Positions 20,521 through 27,062 of a DNA stretch of 27,062 nt are shown here, one piece after another. The position numbers and the translations under genes were made by a program. The DNA is taken from positions 1 through 27,062 of the forward strand of contig NW_021835570.1 of NCBI RefSeq assembly GCF_006345805.1, read 5' to 3'. This stretch comes from Octopus sinensis. Taxonomy: Eukaryota. The notes beneath the pieces were generated by a model that was not told where the DNA came from, made no database searches, and saw only the letters and a program-made list of their open reading frames with translations. Each line of letters begins with the position of its first letter. Position 1 is the stretch's first letter.

Positions 20521-20640
20521 ATAATATAATATATTATTATATATATTATATATATATATATATATATGTACGACACAAAAAGAAAATGACTCTCCTCAGA
20601 CACAACAGTAGATAACATATATATATATACACATAGATGC

Positions 20641-20672
<32 letters not shown>

Positions 20673-20920
20673 ATCTATATTGTTATATTTCGGAATGTAT
20701 GTGTGCGTGTGTGTGTGTGTGTGGTAATTATATATATATATATATATATGATATATATATATAATATACACACATATATAAGGTACATACATATATATAT
20801 ACATACATATATATCTGTATATATAGCTATATATATTATATATATATATAGATATAGATATATATACATATATGTAAGTACATATATATATATATATATT
20901 ATATATAATATTATATATAT
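20520..20920. repeat. (TA)n-rich compound microsatellite
   Basis: Directly visible. Confidence 0.9.
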
Positions 20921-21479
20921 AAATTGTCGCCATTTTTAATTTCGCGCCAGCGCATTGTTTATTCTTGATTTTGTTCCCTACACAGTATAGTAGGGTCAGT
21001 TGGGCACTGTCTGTGAGAAAATCAGCACCAAGATCCAATTTACTCTGCCAGAAATTTGGAAACGACATGCTATAATACTGCTTGACATTCATGCCAGAAA
21101 CTCCAATACAAAGATTTCAGAGTGTTTGGGTGTCGACCTGAAGAGAGTCCAGAGGACTCGGAAAAGAGTTGGATGAGTCCAATGGTGATTAAAAAGTTAC
21201 AGCAGCTCAGAAAAACTCACTCTGATTGTTCTGATAAGAAAAGAACGATCCTTCCAAGTCAATCAGGTCCATTGCCAGGGACATGGGTGTGTCTGAGTTT
21301 CTTACCAGGCAGGTAGTGCATGAAGACATTCAGTATTTCTCATGCGAGATGAGAAAGGGCCAATTTTTATCCCAAGCCATCAAGGACAAGAGGAAGGACC
21401 ACGCTATGAAGGTTTTGAATAAACTCAAGCAACCCCTCCAACTGAACATGCTTTCGTTTCTCAGATGAGAGAAATTTCT

Positions 21480-22250
21480 TTATTGCCCACAAGGGGCTAA
21501 ACATAGAGGGGACAAACAAGGACAGAACAATGGATTAAGCTGATTATATCAACCCCAGTGCATTACTGGTACTTAATTTATCAACCCCGAAAGGATGAAA
21601 GGCAAATTTGACCTCGGCGGAATTTGAACTCAGAATGTGAAGACAGACAAAATACATATTTCTTTACTGCCCACAAGGGGCTAACACAGAGGGGACAAAT
21701 AAGGACAGAAAAATGGATTAAGTCGATTATATCGACCCCAGTGCGTAACTGGTACTTACTTAATCGACCCTGAAAGTATGAAAGGCAAAGTTGACCTTGG
21801 CAGAATTTGAACTCAGAACGTGAAGACAGACAAAATACCTATTTCTTTACTGCCCACAGGGGCTAAACAAGGACAGACAAACAGATTAAGTCGATTGCAT
21901 CGACCCCAGTGCGTAACTGGTACTTAATTTATCGACCCCGAAAGGATGAAAGGCAAAGTCGACCTTGGTGGAATTTGAACTCAGAATGTAAAGGCAGACG
22001 AAATATCTATTTCTTTACTACCCACAAGGGGCTAAACACAGAGGGGACAAATAAGGACAGACAAACGGATTAAGTCGATTATATCGACCGCAGTGCGTAA
22101 CTGGTGCTTAATTTATCAACCCCGAAAGGATGAAAGGCAAAGTTGACCTTGGCGGAATTTGAACTCCGAACGTAACAGCAGACGAAATACTGCTAAGCAT
22201 TTCGCCCGGTGTGCTAAAGTTTCTGCCAGCTCACCGCCTTTTTATAAAGG
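21480..22250 (-). mobile_element. SINE-B tetramer with 14-bp TSD inside the maT transposase
   Basis: Unit starts at 21475, 21659, 21842 and 22010; single head ends 22238; TGAGAGAAATTTCT at 21466-21479 and 22251-22264. Confidence 0.93.
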
Positions 22251-22628
22251 TGAGAGAAATTTCTGCCAGAATCAGATGGTGGACACGCAGAGCAACAATT
22301 GGCTTGCCGTGTCCCCAGAACATATACCAAGAATGAAAAAGTCAAACACTCAGTCAACATCATGGTGTTTGGTGATATCACTAGTGATGGCAAAATTATG
22401 CCTCCATTCATCTTCCCACATGGCTCCACACTCAACACAGAGGCCTACATCAAGTGCCCGGAGGAGGTAATGCTGCCCTGGGTCAAGAGGGTGGCAGCTG
22501 GCTCACCCTATGTCTAGCAACAGGACCCTGCACCGTGCCACACAGGCAGAACCCAGTCATAGCTGTCAGACAATTTCTGCAACCACATCACCCCTAAAAT
22601 CTGGCCACCTAACTCCCCAGACTGCAAC

Positions 22629-22985
22629 TGGATGGAACCTACACTCGCCTCCTTATGAGAGCTCAAAATCTCTTGTGGAAGCGCCATCCGACCAAAATGC
22701 AAATATATGGGAAACTACCACCTGTGTCACCTCTTGTGAAAGGTAGGAGAGTTCAGTTTGCTGGACATTGTTGTAGAGCTGAAAACGAGGCAATTTCTAC
22801 TCTTCTCCTCTGGAAGCCATCTACTCGCAATACCAGAGGGCGCACACTATCCTACCCTGATGTAATCTCCAGGGATACAGGCATCCAGCAACAGGACCTC
22901 CGTAATGCCATGATGGACCGTGAAGTCTGGCGTAGCATGGTAAATTCCATTGTCTCGACCACGGTCGTACAATGATGATGATGAT
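22629..22985 (+). mobile_element. 5'-truncated RTE/RTEX-like LINE 3' end (ORF C-terminus plus (TGA)n tail)
   Basis: Open frame DGTYTRLLMRAQNLLWKRH...RRVQFAGHCCR...LLLWKP...RGR...DREVWR resembles the post-RT C-terminus of RTE-group ORFs; stop at 22973-22975 runs straight into (TGA)n. Confidence 0.85.
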
Positions 22986-23226
22986 TGATTATTATGTGTG
23001 GGGTGCAGTTGAGTGAGAGACCAGCAAAACTCCTTGTAACACCAAAGATGAACTGAAGGCAAGGATTATGACAGCATTTGCCAACTTAAACAAGGAGATG
23101 GTTCAGAAGAGTTACAGGAGATTCCAAAGTCGTTTGGACACCATGGTTGAAGCCAATGGTGATTTTATTGAATAAATTTACTCTTTAGTATTTCAAGATA
23201 TTTCAATGTAATTTCGGGTAAATATA

Positions 23227-23405
23227 GGTGCAGGAGTGGCTTTGTGGTAAGTAGCTTGCTAACCAACCACATGGTTCTGGGTTCAGTCCCACTGCATGGC
23301 ACCTTGGGCAATTGTCTTCTACTATAGCCTTGCGCCAACCAAAGCCTTGTGAGTGGATTTGGTAGACGGAAACTGAAAGAAGCCCGATGTATATTTGTAT
23401 ATATA
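23227..23405 (+). mobile_element. SINE-A 5' module only
   Basis: GGTGCAGGAGTGGC...GAAAGAAGCCCG followed by (TA)/(GT). Confidence 0.9.
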
Positions 23406-23410
23406 TGTGT

Positions 23411-23765
23411 GTTGAAATTTTTACCATTAAGACTATTCTGCAGAGGCCTGAATAAGTGGAAATCTGAAGGAGCAATATCTGGTGAATATGGAGGGTGGGG
23501 TAACATATCCCAGCCGAGCTGCAGCAATTTTTGTCTGGTTCCCAAAGCATCAAGTGCCGAAAATGAACTTTCTTATCTTCCATCTTAAAGGGTTACAGAA
23601 TTAACACAGGTTATACGAACATAAACCTTCTTCCACGAAAAGATAGCTTAAACTGGGCTCTAAATGGAGGTGTAGCCAAATCCTATTTTATGGACTCAAC
23701 CATGTTCTAAAATATGTCGAAAGGTAAGCTGCTATAAATCGGCAAGAACTTTCCAGACAACCCAA
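23411..23765 (-). mobile_element. Internally deleted mariner: 5' TIR, 5'UTR, transposase N-terminus fused to C-terminal fragment
   Basis: TA|TTGGGTTGTCTGGAAAGTTC at 23765 down to ATG 23583 (MEDKKVHFRHLMLWE), joined out of frame to TRQKLLQLGWDMLPHPPYSPDIAPSDFHLFRPLQNSLNGKNF. Confidence 0.88.
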
Positions 23766-25053
23766 TATCTTGAGAGAAAAGCAGAGCTAGCTTAAACTGT
23801 GCTCTAAATGGAGGTGTAGTCAAATCCTATTTTATGGACTCAAACATGTTTTAAAATAAGTTGAAAGGTAAGCTACTATAAATCAGCACAAACTTTCCGG
23901 ACAACCCAATATCTTGAGAGATAAGCACAGCTAGCTTAAACTGTGCTCTAAATGGAGGTGTAGTCAAATCCTATTTTATGGGCTCAACCATGTTCTAAAA
24001 TAAGTCGAAAGATAAGCTACTATAAATCGGCACGAACTTTCCAGACAACCCAATATCTTGAGAGATAAGCACAGCTAGCTTAAACTGTGCTCTAAATGGA
24101 GGTGTAGTCAAATCCTATTTTATGGGCTCAACCCTGTTCTAAAATAAGTCGAAAGATAAGCTACTATAAATCGGCACGAACTTTCCAGACAACCCAATAT
24201 CTTGAGCGGAAAGCAGAGCTAGCTTAAACTGTGCTCTAAATGGAGGTATAGTAAAATCCTATTTTTTGGACTCAACCATGTTCTAAAATAAGTTGAAAGG
24301 TAAGCTACTATAAATCGGCATGAACTTTCCAGACAACCCAATATCTTGAGAGAAAAGCAGAGCTAGCTTAAACTGTGCTCCAAATGGAGGTGTAGTCAAA
24401 TCCTATTTTATGGGCTCAACCATGTTCTAAAAAGTCGAAAGATAAGGCTACTATAAATCGGCACGAAATTTCCAGGACAACCCAATATCTTGAGAGATAA
24501 GCACAGCTAGCTTAAACTGTGCTCTAAATGGTGTAGTCAAATCCTATTTTATGGCTCAACCTGTTCTAAAATAAGTCGAAAGATAAGCTACTATAAATCG
24601 GCACGAACTTTCCAGACACCCAATATCTTGAGCGGAAAGCAGAGCTAGCTTAAACTGTGCTCTAAAGGAGGTATAGTAAAATCCTATTTTTGGACTCAAC
24701 CATGTTCTAAAAAGTTGAAAGGTAAGCTACTATAAATCGGCATGAACTTTCCAGACAACCCAATATCTTGAGAGAAAAGCAGAGCTAGCTTAAACTGTGC
24801 TCCAAATGGAGGTGTAGTCAAATCCTATTTTATGGACTCAAACATGTTTTAAAATAAGTTGAAAGGTAAGCTACTATAGATTGGCATGAACTTTCCAGAC
24901 AACCCAATATCTTGAGAGAAAAGCAGAGCTAGCTTAAACTGTGCTCTAAATGGAGGTGTAGTCAAATCCTATTTTATGGACTCAAACATGTTTTAAAATA
25001 AGTCGAAAGGTAAGCTACTATAAATCGGCACTAACTTTCCGGACAACCCAATA
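23645..25053 (-). repeat. 144-bp satellite (10 units) made of the mariner 5' end
   Basis: AGCTTAAACTG starts at 23645, 23789, 23933, 24077, 24221, 24365, 24509, 24647, 24787 and 24931; each unit contains GAACTTTCC(A/G)GACAACCCAATA (TIR plus TA). Confidence 0.95.
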
Positions 25054-25074
25054 TATTATAAAATACATATTAAT

Positions 25075-25250
25075 GGGTGTCTGGTGGTTTCTGTCACCCA
25101 CATTTCATCACAGGGTATTGGCTTGCCCTGGAGTAAAATGGAAGGCCACAATTAGCTCAACGGAAGGCCAACTGGCCCAATTACCTAAAGGTGGAATGCA
25201 GTGAGACTGAACTTGAAATCAGCGGGTTACAAAGTAAATGTTTTAAGAGC
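25075..25250 (-). mobile_element. Highly degenerate SINE-A-like 5' module
   Basis: CACAGGGTATTGG...CCTAAAGGTGGAATGCAGTGAGACTGAAC. Confidence 0.55.
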
Positions 25251-25294
25251 ACTGATGTGTCTCTCTCTCTGTAATGGGTATATGTGTGTACACA

Positions 25295-25630
25295 CAGACA
25301 CACACACAAACATATACAAGCATATATACACATATAGACACACATATACAAGCATATATATACACATATAGACACACATATACAAGCATATATATACACA
25401 TATATATACACATATAGACACACATATACAAGCATATATATACACATATATATACACATACAGACACACATATACAAGCATATATATACATATATATATA
25501 CACATATAGACACACATATACAAGCATATATATACACATATAGACACATATATACAAGCATATATATATACACATATAGACACACATATACAAGCATATA
25601 TATACACATATAGACACACATATATAAGCA
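25295..25630. repeat. ~32-34-bp CA/TA-derived minisatellite (ACACACATATACAAGCATATATATACACATATAG)
   Basis: ACAAGCAT anchor recurs about 8 times. Confidence 0.9.
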
Positions 25631-26006
25631 GAGGGGTGTGGTTTGAGGACAGTTTGTTTGGTATTTCTGCAGATTCTCATTCCATCAAGAGGCGTTCCTT
25701 ACTGGCTCAGTTACACACACAAATACATACACACAAGCATATATACATATATCTACATATATTCACATATATGTATATGTGTGTGCGTGTGTATACATAC
25801 ACACACATGCAAATATGATGAGGATGAAGATGATGGTGATGATATATTTATATATCTATCTGTCACTGTCTCCCTGTCTGTTATTATCTCTTTCTCTCTC
25901 TCTCTCCTCTCTCTCTCTCTTTCTCTCTCTCATATATATATATTATATATATATATATATATAATAGATATATATAATATATATACACACCCACACATAT
26001 AATATA

Positions 26007-26441
26007 GGCATAGGAGTGGCTGTGTGGTAAGTAGCTTGCTAACCAACCACATGGTTCCGGGTTCAGTCCCACTGCGTGGCACCTTGGGCATCTGTCATCT
26101 ACTATAGCCATGGGCCGACCAAAACTGTGTGAGTGGATTTGGTAGATGGAAACTGAAAAGAAGCCCATCGTATATATGTATATATATATATATATGTATG
26201 TATGTATGTATGTGTACGTATATGTTTGTGTTTGGCCCCCACCCAACATCGTTTGACAACCGATGGTGGTGTGTTTACGTGCCCGTAACTTAGCGATTCA
26301 GGAAAAGTGACCGATAGAATAAGTACTGGGCTTACAAGGAATAAGTCCTGGGGTTGATTTGCTCGACCAAAGGCGGTGCTCCAGCATGGCCTCAGTCAAA
26401 TGACTGAAACAAGTAAAAGAGTAAAAGACAGGAGTAAAGAG
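26007..26441 (+). mobile_element. Full-length SINE-A
   Basis: GGCATAGGAGTGGCTGTGTGGTAAG head through GACTGAAACAAGTAAAAGAG tail. Confidence 0.92.
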
Positions 26442-26477
26442 CATATATATATGTGTGTATATATATATATATATCAT

Positions 26478-26520
<43 letters not shown>

Positions 26521-26521
<1 letters not shown>

Positions 26522-26737
26522 TTTCTTGTATAGGCAGAAGTCTTGAAATTTTGAAGGGTGGGTGCTAGTTGATTATATCAGCCCATGTACCAAACTAATA
26601 CTTATTCCATTGACCCCGAAAGGATGAAAGATGAAGTCAACACCTCGTTGAAATTTGAACCTAGAACATGCAGAACTGAAAGAAATGGTGCTCAGCATTT
26701 TGTCCAGTTTGTTAACAATTCTGCCAGCTTGCTGCCC
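26521..26737 (-). mobile_element. Degenerate full-length SINE-B variant (same 3' end type as 10795-11215)
   Basis: TTTTCTTGTATAGGCAGAAG...GACCCCGAAAGGATGAAAG...TTCTGCCAGCTTGCTGCC. Confidence 0.75.
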
Positions 26738-26757
26738 TCTCTCTCTCTCTCTCTCTC

Positions 26758-26870
26758 ATCATCATCATCATCATATCATTTAACATCCACTTTCCATGTT
26801 GGCATTTGTTAGATGCTTTGAATGATGACTGGTAAGCCAGGAGGTGGCACCAACCTCCAATCTGATGTAT
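26758..26870 (-). mobile_element. Degenerate RTE-like 3' end
   Basis: (CAT)n-TTTAACATCCACTTTCCATGTTGGCAT. Confidence 0.65.
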
Positions 26871-27012
26871 ACCTAAATTATAATATATCATCATCATCAT
26901 CATCGATGTTAAACAATGATGATGAGGAGGATAATGACAGACATACACACATGCACACTGTTATATAATATATATATGTATATATATATATATCATCATC
27001 ATCATCATCATC

Positions 27013-27043
<31 letters not shown>

Positions 27044-27062
27044 TTATATATATATATATATA

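Larger units (their letters stand above)
20920..23200 (+). mobile_element. Decayed maT/DD37D-like (IS630-Tc1-mariner) transposase, interrupted twice
   Basis: Fragments: SIARDMGVSE (HTH), FSDE (first D), IMVFGDITSDGKIMPPFIFPHG, YV*QQDPAPCH (second D), IWPPNSPDCN|DYYVWGAVE, RLDTMVEANGDFIE* (TAA 23173-23175); stops and frameshifts; TIRs not found. Confidence 0.88.

Noticed and set aside
23645-25053. Protein-coding tandem repeat (144 bp = 48 codons)
   Set aside because: In the unit I translated fully, with variants spot-checked, all six frames contain stops.

Overview
Eukaryotic, AT- and microsatellite-rich DNA. The dense tRNA-derived SINEs, (GAT)n-tailed retroelement ends and long (TA)n/(GT)n/(TATG)n tracts resemble Octopus (coleoid cephalopod) genomic DNA; this taxon call is pattern recognition, not a database result. 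Only one host gene is supported: the last two coding exons of a minus-strand gene, an 825-nt phase-1/phase-1 exon (14224-13400) and a 71-nt terminal exon (12386-12316). Together they encode about 298 aa of a very acidic, Ala/Glu/Val/Thr/Pro-rich, aromatic-free disordered C-terminus. No upstream exon is recognisable up to 27062. The rest is mostly nested mobile DNA: two SINE families (here SINE-A and SINE-B), often as concatemers; RTE-like 3' ends, twice as head-to-head pairs with tails pointing outward; a reconstructable dead DD34D mariner (14943-18017); a dead maT/DD37D-like transposase interrupted by a SINE tetramer and a LINE 3' end; and an internally deleted mariner whose 5' end (TIR plus subterminal DNA) is amplified into a 10-unit, 144-bp satellite (23645-25053). 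Almost all ORFs in the supplied track are microsatellite or SINE artefacts. I found no prokaryote-type system such as CRISPR or an operon. The most unusual signals are the transposon-end satellite, the twin-tailed retroelement pairs and the unannotated acidic protein. Most repeat boundaries are approximate to a few bases.
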